64,000 bases of DNA from Gemmatimonadales bacterium (lineage in GTDB: Bacteria; Gemmatimonadota; Gemmatimonadetes; Gemmatimonadales; GWC2-71-9). Of this stretch, positions 8,329 to 17,289 are shown piece by piece. How positions within the stretch are numbered: position 1 is the stretch's first letter; each line of letters starts with the position of its first letter. Position numbers and translations under genes: made by a program. The stretch lies in the NCBI GenBank assembly GCA_044866195.1, contig JBIOTT010000024.1, positions 4,849 through 68,848 of the forward strand, read 5' to 3'. Under the pieces are notes generated by a model. It ran no database searches. It was given only the letters and a program-made list of their open reading frames with translations, and was not told the DNA's origin.

Positions 8329-9436
8329 CGCGACGCTGCTCGAGCGCCAGGAGCTGGCGCTTACGCTCCGGGCCCCACCGGTATCCGCCCACACCGCCGC
8401 CCTCCCGCACCACCCGATGGCAGGGAATCACGACCGCGACCCGGTTTCGCGCGCAGGCGCTTGCCACCGCGCGGACCGCCCGCGGCGCGCCGATGGACCG
8501 GGCCACCTCGGTGTAGGACCGGGTCTCGCCATAAGGGATCTCGCGGAGCGCTTGCCAGACCCTGAGCTCGAACGGTGTGCCAGCGACATCGGTCGGCACC
8601 GCTCGCGCTGGCGCCCCGTTCAGGTAACTCACGACCGCATCGAGCCACTCGCGCAGATCTGCCTGGGCCACACCGCGGTCCGGGTCGACCAGCTCGCGCT
8701 TGGCGTTGGGGTACTCGGCCGCAAGGCCGCGTTCCAGGTCGGCGTCGGTCTCGCCCAGCTGGACGGCGCAGACGCCCCGCGCCGTGGCTCCCACCAGCAC
8801 GCGACCCAGTCTGGTGGGCCGGATCGCGAACCGGATGTGCTCGCCCTGGCCGCCACGACGGTAGGCAGCCGGGGTCATGCCGAGATGCGCGCCGGCAGCC
8901 TCGTAGACCCGGCTGCTCGCGCCATAGCCCGCGTCAAACGTTGCCCGGCTCACAGTGGACCCGTCCCGGAGCGCAGCCTTGAGCCGGTCGGCGCGCAGGG
9001 CCGCGGCATAGCGCTTGGGCGAGACCCCAACCCGGCGGCTGAACGCGCGCTGCAGGTGATGGGGGCTCAGCCCGACTTCCCGCGCCAGCGTGGGAAGCGT
9101 GACCGGTTCATCCAGGTGGGCTTCGAGGAACTCGCGGGCCCGGGCCACGGCGAGGTCTATCGGCTTGGCCGCGTCCTGCGGGCGGCAGCGACGGCAGGCG
9201 CGATAGCCAGCCGCCTCCGCTGCAGCCGGCGTCGGAAAGAAGCCGACGTTCTTCCGCAGCGGCCGCCGAGAGGGGCAGCTCGGCCGGCAGTAGACGCCGG
9301 TCGTGGAGACGGCATACACGAAAGCGGCATCCCAGCGGCCGTCACGAGCGATAACGGCCGCCCAGGCCTGAGCCCCGTCGAGCCCATCGGTCAAACCAGC
9401 TGGTTGCACTGACTGCATCAGGAGAGCGGTTGCCAT
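8309..9436 (-). CDS. ada: Bifunctional Ada: methylphosphotriester-DNA methyltransferase / AraC-type activator / O6-methylguanine-DNA methyltransferase
   Basis: N-terminal Cys cluster YCRPSCPSRRP...CRRC, an AraC HTH region (LAREVGLSPHHLQRAFSRRVGVSPKRY), and the C-terminal MGMT active site IPCHRVV. Confidence 0.9.
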   Translation of the reverse strand: MATALLMQSVQPAGLTDGLDGAQAWAAVIARDGRWDAAFVYAVSTTGVYCRPSCPSRRPLRKNVGFFPTPAAAEAAGYRACRRCRPQDAAKPIDLAVARAREFLEAHLDEPVTLPTLAREVGLSPHHLQRAFSRRVGVSPKRYAAALRADRLKAALRDGSTVSRATFDAGYGASSRVYEAAGAHLGMTPAAYRRGGQGEHIRFAIRPTRLGRVLVGATARGVCAVQLGETDADLERGLAAEYPNAKRELVDPDRGVAQADLREWLDAVVSYLNGAPARAVPTDVAGTPFELRVWQALREIPYGETRSYTEVARSIGAPRAVRAVASACARNRVAVVIPCHRVVREGGGVGGYRWGPERKRQLLALEQRRDGTQRD

Positions 9437-9593
9437 ATCATCATCCCCGCAATGTAAGGGCTCGGCGCGCCACTACGCGCGCGGCATCGTCAGGGTGGAT
9501 GTTCGCCGCAGACGCGTTTGGCGGCTACCCGGATCTTGCGGCCGAATTCGAGGCACCCGCCCACGGTGTTGAGCGGGTCCCCTTCCGGGCGGG

Positions 9594-10472
9594 CTAGCGC
9601 TTTCGCCCCGCCACCAGGATCTGGTTGGGCAGGCCTACCACAGGACCGGTGAGATTGAGAAAGGCAGTCCCCGCGCTCAAGATGATCCGGCGGGTAAACG
9701 GCGTCCGGGCGAAGCGTCGAACCAGAATCCGGGTCGAGTTGCGGGAGCCCCGAGCGTCGATGACGTCGACCCCCACCGCATCGAGTGCGTTACGGAGCGC
9801 GGGGATCGTGTACCAGATCACGTGCCCGGCGCCCAGGGTCTCCTGGAGCGGGCGAGCCACCCGGCCGCCGGTGGCCTGATGGAGCAGGCGGCTCACACGG
9901 ATGAACGCCCCTGCCGGGTTCGGGGTCTCGAGGAGAAGGATGCCGCGGGGCTTGAGCACCCGGGCAATCGCGCGCAGCAGCTCGGGCGCAGACACCACGT
10001 GCTCTAGAACGCCCCACAGGGCCACGACCTCGAACGAGTTCGGCAGGAAGGGGCTTTGGAGAAGGTCGCCGGTTACGGTGGGGAATCCGGAGACTCGGCG
10101 AGCGAGGCGGGCACCGTTGCTCGTCACTTCGAGCCCAATTGGATCCCAGCCCAGCCGGCTGGCGGCTTGCAGGAATTCGCCGGAGCCGCAGCCCACGTCG
10201 AGCAACCGGCCCGGCGGAGACGCAGTCGCCCTCAAGTATCGGGCGAAGCGGCGGGCCCGGTGCGCAAAATACCGGCGTCCCTCGACGTCGCTGGAGTAGT
10301 TCTTATACTCGAACGCCGCCTCCTCGCGCAGACCGCGACCCTCCAGCCACTGGGCGCCGCACTGCCTGCAGCGGAGCAGCGACTGCCCATCATTGGACTG
10401 CAGCCTACCCGCAGAGCTGACGTCAGCGCGGCAGGCAGGGCACGTTGGCCTACCGGGAATAATCCAAGGCAC
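9594..10472 (-). CDS. Class I SAM-dependent methyltransferase with N-terminal zinc ribbon
   Basis: CPAC...CRQC ribbon. SAM motif I is LLDVGCGSGEF. GTG start. Confidence 0.8.
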   Translation of the reverse strand: MPWIIPGRPTCPACRADVSSAGRLQSNDGQSLLRCRQCGAQWLEGRGLREEAAFEYKNYSSDVEGRRYFAHRARRFARYLRATASPPGRLLDVGCGSGEFLQAASRLGWDPIGLEVTSNGARLARRVSGFPTVTGDLLQSPFLPNSFEVVALWGVLEHVVSAPELLRAIARVLKPRGILLLETPNPAGAFIRVSRLLHQATGGRVARPLQETLGAGHVIWYTIPALRNALDAVGVDVIDARGSRNSTRILVRRFARTPFTRRIILSAGTAFLNLTGPVVGLPNQILVAGRKR

Positions 10473-10499
10473 CCCCTCTCCCCCCTTACGTCTCGGTTC

Positions 10500-11591
10500 T
10501 CACTTCTTACTTCTCACCTCATCCAGGATTCTCTGGTACAGCGCGACGTGCCGCTCGGCCATCGCGGACTGGGTGAAGTGCTCCGCGACCCGGCGCTGCC
10601 CTGCCTGGCCGAGCCGCCGCCGCAGCTCGGGCTCGTGGGCCAGCGTCGCCAGCGCCTGGGCCAGCGCTGCCACGTCCCGGAGGGGAACCTCGAGCCCTGT
10701 CGTACCGGGCACGTTGACCTCGCGCACCGCGCTTGGCAGCGCCGTCGTGATGACCGGCCGGCCGGCAGCCATGGCCTCGAGCACGACCAGCCCGAACATC
10801 TCCTCCACCGTGACCGAGGGCAGAACCAGGAAGTCGGCGTCGGCCATCCGGCGCGGCAGGTCGTCGTCGGGGTATTCTCCCCACCACCGGACCCGGTCGC
10901 TCACCGCGAGGGCCTGGGCAAGGGTGCGAAGCCGAGGCAGCTCCGGTCCCGTGCCGACCACCTCGAGCCGCAGATCCGGCACCCGCTCCAGTGCTCTGAG
11001 CAGGATGTCCACACCTTTGTATGGGACCAGGCGTCCGATGAAGATGGCGCGGGCCGGCGCATCTGGCGGCGGCGGGGGCACGAAGGTCCAGCGCCGTTCA
11101 TCGATCCCAAAAGGAATCACCTCTACCTTGCCCTCGAACCCGGTCAGCTCGGTGGACAGTGCGACGTGCGCTCGACTCGGAACCACCACCGCCTTGGCGC
11201 GACGGAGGACCATGCGAGCCGACGGGCGATAGATACCCCGCCGCGCATCGGCGTGCTGGGTCACGACCACCGGGGTGCGGCGCGCCCGAAGCAGACACGC
11301 CAGATCCGCCAGGGGGTGGGGGTGATGCACGTGGATCACGTCGGCCCGCTTCCAGGCCGCCGCGATATAGCCGGGCGCGATCTCCTGGGAGCCGAGGGCG
11401 CCAAACGAAAACGCCCGCCGCACCGAGGAGCGCTGGCGCGCGGCGTCCCGCGAGCTGCCGAGCGTCGTCTCGACCGCCACGACCTCGACCTCGTGGCCGA
11501 GCGCGGCCGCCCCCTCGGCCAAGCCCTGGACGACGCGCTCCATCCCACCTGACCGCGGCCAGTAGTACTTCGCGAGATGAAGGATGCGCAT
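10500..11591 (-). CDS. Glycosyltransferase, GT4-like (GT-B fold)
   Basis: Begins MRILHLAKYYWPRSGGMERV and has the C-terminal EEMFGLVVLEAMAAGRPVI motif. Start re-picked at ATG 11591. Confidence 0.85.
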   Translation of the reverse strand: MRILHLAKYYWPRSGGMERVVQGLAEGAAALGHEVEVVAVETTLGSSRDAARQRSSVRRAFSFGALGSQEIAPGYIAAAWKRADVIHVHHPHPLADLACLLRARRTPVVVTQHADARRGIYRPSARMVLRRAKAVVVPSRAHVALSTELTGFEGKVEVIPFGIDERRWTFVPPPPPDAPARAIFIGRLVPYKGVDILLRALERVPDLRLEVVGTGPELPRLRTLAQALAVSDRVRWWGEYPDDDLPRRMADADFLVLPSVTVEEMFGLVVLEAMAAGRPVITTALPSAVREVNVPGTTGLEVPLRDVAALAQALATLAHEPELRRRLGQAGQRRVAEHFTQSAMAERHVALYQRILDEVRSKK

Positions 11592-11862
11592 ACTTATTGA
11601 ACCGCCAAGTTGCCCAGGACTGCTGATGCCTGTCAACCAGTGAGCTGCGTTCCCCCTCAGACCGGAGTGACGCCGCCCCTCGTGGCCGGGTCCTTAGCCT
11701 GGTGATCGGAGGCGCAATACCTTGACGCGGATTCACTTACTACTGATGTTTGGCGCCTACATGCCTGGAATCTCTCCGCACCGCGGCCTGCCGTTCTGCT
11801 GGTGGGCCCCCGTTGCTTTATTGCTCACCGCCGGCCCTCCGTTCGCCGCCCAGACCATCCGG
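11547..11862. repeat. Copy A of a segmental duplication (partner pieces at 17180-17285, 17790-17835 and 18371-18533)
   Basis: Aligned by eye. 11562-11652 matches 17195-17285 with 3 mismatches. 11653-11699 matches 17790-17835. 11700-11766 matches 18371-18437. Weaker similarity continues to about 11862/18533. Confidence 0.85.
11653..11721 (+). pseudogene. Relic of a GT4 glycosyltransferase gene (paralog of 17290..18396), reduced to two short pieces
   Basis: Only a 47-nt internal piece and the last ~22 nt of the intact gene are retained. The equivalents of 17286-17789 and 17836-18370, including the start codon, are missing. Confidence 0.65.
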
Positions 11863-11991
11863 GTCTCGCTGGATCCGAGCGGGGTGTCCACCGACGTGGG
11901 GAATCGCGGCGGGCTCATCACGATCTCGGTCTGGGATCGGGATCCCGGGCTGGCCGCCGGGGCTGCGCCCGGCGAGCCGGCCGCGGGCTGA
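11722..11991 (+). pseudogene. Truncated paralog of the export-protein N-terminus (89-codon ORF; possibly a small secreted protein)
   Basis: MTRIHLLLMFGAYMPG...PPFAAQ parallels LTRIHLPVMFRAQMPP...TPVAAQ of the 18393 gene. It then diverges and stops at 11991. Confidence 0.4.
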
Positions 11992-12008
11992 GCCCGCTGG
12001 TTCGGTTC

Positions 12009-13220
12009 ATGCCGCCCCTCCGACTGCTGGTCTTCTCCAGGGTCACCGAGGCTCACGGTGCAGGCGGGATGCAACTCCACCTCTCGTGGGCCTTGCGCTG
12101 GCTGGCCGACGCCGGCGCCGACATCACGCTGGTGACGACCGTCGGGGGCGCCCTCCCGCCGGAATCCGGTGCTCGCTCGGTCGAGCTGCCGGGAACCCGG
12201 CCCGGCCGATACAGCCGGAGCTGGTGGCGCAGCACCCGTCGCTTCGTTCGTGATCGTCCGCTCTCGGCGTGGGACGCCATCCTGAGCGAGGACAGCGGCG
12301 CTTGGGGAGTCGTCGAAGAATTGCGGCGCGACCCGAACCGGCCGCCCATCGCAATGTTTCGCCACGGCACAACCCTGGCGACGATTCGGAGCTGCATCCC
12401 GCCGCGCAACCCGCGCGCCGTCGGCATGGCCATGGTGGCGTTCCGCGATTATCTCCGTCACCCGCGCCGTCTCGCCCGCTCGGTCGACCTGATGATTGCG
12501 GTCTCGGAGAAAATCGCCGGCAGCGCGCGCGTGGAGGGGGCTGGATCGCAAACCGAGATCCGGGTCGTGCGGCTGGGCGTGGACCTCAGGCGCTTCTCGC
12601 CCAGCGCAGACATGGCCGACGACCGCCGCGCGCTCGGGCTCGACCCGGCGCTCCCAACGTTCACCTGGGTCGCACGGGATTCGCTCACCAAGCGAGTCCA
12701 TCTCGCCCTGCGGGTGGTTGACCGGCTCTCCGCGCGGGGCGTCCCATGCCAGATTGCGCTCGCGGTGGCCAAGCCGCGTCAGGCCACCCTCGCGCTCGCG
12801 GACGCGTTGAACCGTCGCCATGGCCCGCGGGTCCATTTGTTTCCGGATGCAGACCAGAGCCGGGTTCGCCTGATCCACCGCGCGTCGAGCTGTCACCTCT
12901 TTCCATCGTGCTGGGCCGAGGGTCTGCCCATCACGATCATGGAAGGGTTGGCGTGCGGAGCGCCGGTCCTCGCGTGGGACGGTCCCTCCTTTCGCGATCT
13001 GGACGTGTTTCGCGTACATCCGGATTGGCTGGTGCACTCGAGCCGGGCGGACGACTGGGCGGACCGCGCCCTGGCGAGCCTCCGGAGTGAGGGGATGGCT
13101 GACAGGCGAGCCTCGGCGCGAACCATCGCCGAGCGCTACTACGACATCGACACCACGGCCCGGAGCACTGTCGCCGCGATCAAAGAACTCATCGAGCGAT
13201 GGGCACGACGGGATCGCTGA
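12009..13220 (+). CDS. Glycosyltransferase, GT4-like
   Basis: Begins MPPLRLLVFSRV and has the C-terminal CWAEGLPITIMEGLACGAPVLAW motif. Start re-picked at ATG 12009. Confidence 0.8.
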   Translation: MPPLRLLVFSRVTEAHGAGGMQLHLSWALRWLADAGADITLVTTVGGALPPESGARSVELPGTRPGRYSRSWWRSTRRFVRDRPLSAWDAILSEDSGAWGVVEELRRDPNRPPIAMFRHGTTLATIRSCIPPRNPRAVGMAMVAFRDYLRHPRRLARSVDLMIAVSEKIAGSARVEGAGSQTEIRVVRLGVDLRRFSPSADMADDRRALGLDPALPTFTWVARDSLTKRVHLALRVVDRLSARGVPCQIALAVAKPRQATLALADALNRRHGPRVHLFPDADQSRVRLIHRASSCHLFPSCWAEGLPITIMEGLACGAPVLAWDGPSFRDLDVFRVHPDWLVHSSRADDWADRALASLRSEGMADRRASARTIAERYYDIDTTARSTVAAIKELIERWARRDR

Positions 13221-13227
13221 CCGCGTC

Positions 13228-14799
13228 GTGAAAGGCCTTCCCTGGCGCAGCGCCGCCCTCGTCATGCTGGGAGCGTTGGTCGGCCGGGTGCTCGGTATTG
13301 GGCGCGAGGCCGCGTTCGCCCATTACTTCGGAGCGGGATTCCTCACCGACGCCTATTTCGTGGCGGTGCTGATCCCGGTGCTCGTCAACAGCGTCGTGGC
13401 GGGCGGCAGCCTGCAGGCTGCGTTCGTGCCGATGGTCGCCGACGAGGCGGCACACCGGGGACGGGCGGCAGCCAACCAGATGGTGGCCGATCTCGCGTTG
13501 CTCACCACCCTCGGCCTTACGGCGGTAGCGCTAGTCGTGGCCGTACTCGCGGAGCCGATCGTCCGGGTGACGGCAAGCGGCTTCTCGGCCGAGGCAGTGA
13601 CCGCGGCAGCAACGATGCTCCGCTGGTGCGCGGTGCTCGTGGTGCTCAACGGTTTCCTCGCTGTCGCGCTCGGCGCGCTGAACACGTTCGGCGAGTTCGC
13701 GACAACGGCATCGCTCTCGCCCCTGCTCAACGCCGTGCAGATCGTAGCCATCGTGGTGCTCGCACCATGGCTCGGCATTCGCGCGGCGGTGGTCGGCCTG
13801 CTGGCCGGGACGGTGGCGCAGTGCCTGTTCCAGATCATTCCATTGCGCCGGCATGGCGTGAAGCTGTCGCGTCCGCACTTATCGCTCGCGCTCTGGCGCC
13901 GGCTCCTGCCTGGCTTTGTCCCGGCAGCACTCGCCTCACTGGTCGCTCAGGCCAACCCACTTGCCGACAAGGTGATCGGCTCCTATCTCACCGCCGGCAG
14001 CATCAGCTATCTGAACTATTCCGAGCTTTTCGCCGGCGGCGTGGCGATCGTGACCACGAGTGTGGCGCTGGTGATATTTCCCACGATGTCCACTGCGCTG
14101 GCCGAGGGTGACCCGGACCGGGCGCTCGCGGTGCTTCGCCAGGCCGCGCACGTCAATCTCCTCACCGCAGTGCCCGCCGCATTGCTGCTCGGAGCCTTCG
14201 CGCCCGACGTGGTGCGCGTCGTGTACGGCTGGGGGCGCCTCTCGCCCGCCGACTTGAATCAAGTCGCGCGATGCCTGCTCGCCTATTCGGCCGGCATCCC
14301 GGTCACCGGGCTATTCTATCTTCTCGTGCGCGCCTGCTACGCGATCAAGCGGCCCGGCTTTGCCATCCTGCTCACCGGCACGTTCTTCCTCGTGCATGCC
14401 GCTATCGGACTGGCGCTCGCGCCTCGCCTCGGGGCCGCGGGCCTGGCCATCGGCACCGCGAGTGGCGCACTGTTCACCGGGCTGGGTGGGTGGTTTGTCC
14501 TCCGGAGCGACCTGCTGCGCCGCGCCGGCGCCGACACGGTGCGCTGGCTTCTGCGGCTCGGCGCAATCGCCGCGGTCGCCATGGTCGTGCCGGCGGCGTT
14601 GCTTCGTCCCTGGTCATACGTCGGCTCGGCGACCGGCTCGCTCTGGCGGCTCCCGCTCGCCATCACGATCGGCGCACTCGTGCTCGTGCCCCTGGTGCGC
14701 CGCGCCGATCCCGAGTCGCATCGCGTGCTCGAGCGGGCCTGGAAGCGGCTGTTGGCTCCCCTCCGCACGCCACCGGTGGAGTCGAGCCCGCCGAATTGA
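13228..14799 (+). CDS. MurJ/MviN family lipid-linked oligosaccharide flippase
   Basis: The N-terminus LPWRSAALVMLGALVGRVLGIGREAAFAHYFGAGFLTDAYFVA is MurJ-typical, and the protein is polytopic. GTG 13228 was chosen just after the upstream stop. Confidence 0.8.
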   Translation: MKGLPWRSAALVMLGALVGRVLGIGREAAFAHYFGAGFLTDAYFVAVLIPVLVNSVVAGGSLQAAFVPMVADEAAHRGRAAANQMVADLALLTTLGLTAVALVVAVLAEPIVRVTASGFSAEAVTAAATMLRWCAVLVVLNGFLAVALGALNTFGEFATTASLSPLLNAVQIVAIVVLAPWLGIRAAVVGLLAGTVAQCLFQIIPLRRHGVKLSRPHLSLALWRRLLPGFVPAALASLVAQANPLADKVIGSYLTAGSISYLNYSELFAGGVAIVTTSVALVIFPTMSTALAEGDPDRALAVLRQAAHVNLLTAVPAALLLGAFAPDVVRVVYGWGRLSPADLNQVARCLLAYSAGIPVTGLFYLLVRACYAIKRPGFAILLTGTFFLVHAAIGLALAPRLGAAGLAIGTASGALFTGLGGWFVLRSDLLRRAGADTVRWLLRLGAIAAVAMVVPAALLRPWSYVGSATGSLWRLPLAITIGALVLVPLVRRADPESHRVLERAWKRLLAPLRTPPVESSPPN

Positions 14800-14839
14800 C
14801 CTCGGACCGCCCATTCCACGATCGCTAGACCATAGATTA

Positions 14840-14889
14840 GAATTGCTGATTAGCCCCTAGCATGGAATTGCTGATTGGCCCCTAGCATG
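14840..14889 (+). repeat. 25-bp tandem duplication containing a start codon
   Basis: gaattgctgattagcccctagcatg (14840-14864) is followed by gaattgctgattggcccctagcatg (14865-14889), with 1 mismatch. Confidence 0.9.
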
Positions 14890-15681
14890 GAAGGCAAGAT
14901 GGGCACCCACAGTGGGGTACCCCAGACTACATTGCCGGACTCTTGCGAGAGACCCCGCGCCTCTCTCGACGACCAGTTCCTCGCTTGGCGTCGACTGGGC
15001 GCCGTCCAAAAGGCTCAATCCATTATGAGATTGACCGAGCCTGGCCCAACTCTCGAGGCACATGCTTCGTCAGGGATTTCCGAGGTGATTGAAATAGGCG
15101 CCGGGACCGGAGCAATTCTGCAAGAGCTGTCCCCGAAACGACCCCATTGGAACCTGACAGCGGTCGACCTCGCGGAGGAGAACATTGCAGCGATCAGGCG
15201 GCTCCGCCTGCGGAACCTTAGAACGAGTCAGGTTGCTGACGCCGAGCACCTTCCTTTCCCAGACAAACGCTTCGACCTGGCAATACTATCCCATGTCATT
15301 GAGCATCTCCCGGATCCGGCCGCTGGCCTTTGCGAGGCCAGGCGCATCGCGCGTCTGCTGCTAATCGAAGTTCCGGTTGAGGGTACCCCGGTGCTCGACC
15401 TGGTCTGGTTCGTCCGCAAGCACCGTGGACGGAACCGCGTGCCCAATGACCTAGGGCACCTGTGGCACTACTCTGTACGTGAGTGGAACCGGGTCATCGC
15501 GGCAGCCGGGCTCACAATCATCGGACGGCTCCAATACTTGCTCACGCGCGAGGTCCTTCTCTTCGGCAAGTCCGGTCGTGCGCTGCAGCTGGCTCGAATC
15601 CGAGCCACTGGACAGTCGCTGTTCGGCACCAAGATCTGGGGGAATTTGGTGCACAGCCATTACGCTGTGCTAGCCACATGA
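14887..15681 (+). CDS. Class I SAM-dependent methyltransferase
   Basis: SAM motif VIEIGAGTGAIL, plus FDLAILSHVIEHLPDP. The start is taken at the second duplicated ATG and is uncertain. Confidence 0.75.
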   Translation: MEGKMGTHSGVPQTTLPDSCERPRASLDDQFLAWRRLGAVQKAQSIMRLTEPGPTLEAHASSGISEVIEIGAGTGAILQELSPKRPHWNLTAVDLAEENIAAIRRLRLRNLRTSQVADAEHLPFPDKRFDLAILSHVIEHLPDPAAGLCEARRIARLLLIEVPVEGTPVLDLVWFVRKHRGRNRVPNDLGHLWHYSVREWNRVIAAAGLTIIGRLQYLLTREVLLFGKSGRALQLARIRATGQSLFGTKIWGNLVHSHYAVLAT

Positions 15682-15718
15682 CGCTGCCCAAGCAGCGCCG
15701 CTGGTTCACGCGCCCGTA

Positions 15719-16420
15719 GTGCCTTCCGAATCAAAGCTGGTCTCGCGGCTCCAGCGCACCTGGCTCAACCCATTCCACATCGTCAGCGCCGCGCTCGAAC
15801 GGGGCCTGGCGCGCCATAGCGGTCAGCTCCGCGGACGGGTGCTCGACATCGGCTGTGGAACCAAGCCGTATCGACGGCTCTTTCCGGCCGCGACCCAGTA
15901 CGTCGGCACCGAGACCAACCGGACCTTCACCCGCGACACGCGGCACGACGTGACCGCCTTCGGCGAGGCGCTGCCGTTCCGCAACGGCGCGTTCGATGCC
16001 GTAATCTGCACGGAGGTGCTGGAGCACGTGCCCGAGCCAAGCGACTTCCTGCACGAGGTGTTTCGAGTGACTACACCGGGTGGGGTTCTGCTGCTCACCA
16101 CGCCGCAGACTTGGGGACTGCACGAGGAGCCCTACGACTTCTACCGGTACACCAAGTACGGGCTGCAGCACCTCTTCGGCAAGGTAGGCTTCGAGATGGT
16201 GGACATTTCCCCAACGACCGGGACGCTGGGGACTGTAGGACAACGCCTCAGCTCGTTCTTTTACTACCGACTCGGCGGTCGCACCCGCGCTCTCAAACCG
16301 CTGGCGGTCGTCATCTGCGCCGGGATACAGCTCACCTTCGCCGCCGCCGACCGGCTCGCGCGGCGGCAGGGCGACACGATCAACTGGATCGTTCTGGGCC
16401 GCCGCCCACCTAGCGCTTGA
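15719..16420 (+). CDS. Class I SAM-dependent methyltransferase (Methyltransf_11-like)
   Basis: VLDIGCGTKPY, plus FDAVICTEVLEHVPEP. GTG start. Confidence 0.8.
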   Translation: MPSESKLVSRLQRTWLNPFHIVSAALERGLARHSGQLRGRVLDIGCGTKPYRRLFPAATQYVGTETNRTFTRDTRHDVTAFGEALPFRNGAFDAVICTEVLEHVPEPSDFLHEVFRVTTPGGVLLLTTPQTWGLHEEPYDFYRYTKYGLQHLFGKVGFEMVDISPTTGTLGTVGQRLSSFFYYRLGGRTRALKPLAVVICAGIQLTFAAADRLARRQGDTINWIVLGRRPPSA

Positions 16421-17147
16421 CCCCGATCCGTCCGGTGTAGTCGATGCGATTGAGCAGCAGCGGGATCCCGTGAGTCGCGAGGTACTCGTCGGTCGCCCTG
16501 CGCGCACCCTGCCAGTGCCCATAGTCATCGATGATGATCACACCACCGCTGACCAGCCGGGGGTACAGGTGCACGAGCTCGTGGCGGGTCGATTCGTACC
16601 AATCGGTATCAAGCCGGAGCAGGCTGATCTGGTCAGGGGCCTGTGCTGGCAGGGTGTCTTCTACCTTCCCTTTGACAAAACGGACTCGCGACGGATCGAT
16701 CCCTGTGCCCAGCACGGCGCTCTGCACCTGCTCCAGGGGCGCGCGGGCCCAGATCCGCCCCCGGCGGCCAGTGGTCGATTCGGCGAGCTGCGCGGCGGCA
16801 CCCGTTCCTCGGAAATCGAGGTCGGCGTCTGTTGGTTGGGTCATCCCCTCAAAGGTATCGAACAGGTACAGTTGGCGATCCCGATCACCCAGCCGCAACA
16901 GCGTGAGGGCAATCGCCATCACCGTCCCGCCCTTCCACACTCCACACTCGACGACGTCGCCAGGAATCCCGTTCGCTCCCAGGTACTCCACCGCGCGCAC
17001 GCAGCTGTAGATCCGCTCGGGCGACGTGAGCGTATAGGGCTGCACCCGCCGCACTAGTGCAGCATCATCGGCCGAGAAGTCGGGAGGAATGCGCCGGGTA
17101 AGCTGATACCCGACCGTCGCCAATAACCGCTGCGCGAGCTCTCTCAT
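16410..17147 (-). CDS. TylF/MycF-family (macrocin-type) O-methyltransferase
   Basis: GDVVECGVWKGGTVM, LYLFDTFEGM and LRLDTDWYESTRHELVHLYPRLVSGGVIIIDDY. Confidence 0.85.
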   Translation of the reverse strand: MRELAQRLLATVGYQLTRRIPPDFSADDAALVRRVQPYTLTSPERIYSCVRAVEYLGANGIPGDVVECGVWKGGTVMAIALTLLRLGDRDRQLYLFDTFEGMTQPTDADLDFRGTGAAAQLAESTTGRRGRIWARAPLEQVQSAVLGTGIDPSRVRFVKGKVEDTLPAQAPDQISLLRLDTDWYESTRHELVHLYPRLVSGGVIIIDDYGHWQGARRATDEYLATHGIPLLLNRIDYTGRIGVKR

Positions 17148-17224
17148 GCTGCACGTCCCTGCGGCCGCGCGGATAATGCTCCTGACCAGGGCCTGTAGTA
17201 CTTCGCGAGATGAAGGATGTGCAT
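17144..17224 (-). pseudogene. 26-codon relic of the GT4 gene 5' end (paralog of 10500..11591); its stop overlaps the TylF-MT start codon
   Basis: Manual translation gives MHILHLAKYYRPWSGALSARPQGRAA*. The first 10 codons are near-identical to MRILHLAKYY at 11591. Its TGA shares two nucleotides with the ATG at 17147. Confidence 0.6.
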
Positions 17225-17285
17225 ATTTATTGAACCGCCAAGTTGCCCAGGACTGCTGATGGCTGTCAACCAGTGAGCTGCGTTC
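17180..17285. repeat. Copy B (first segment) of the segmental duplication
   Basis: See the 11547-11862 feature. The coordinate offset to copy A is 5633 nt for this segment. Confidence 0.85.
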
Positions 17286-17289
17286 GCCG

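Noticed and set aside
11757-13265. 502-aa minus-strand ORF, and 18858..20258 minus (466 aa)
   Set aside because: They are antisense to a GT4 gene and to the export-protein gene respectively. No motifs, and biased composition.
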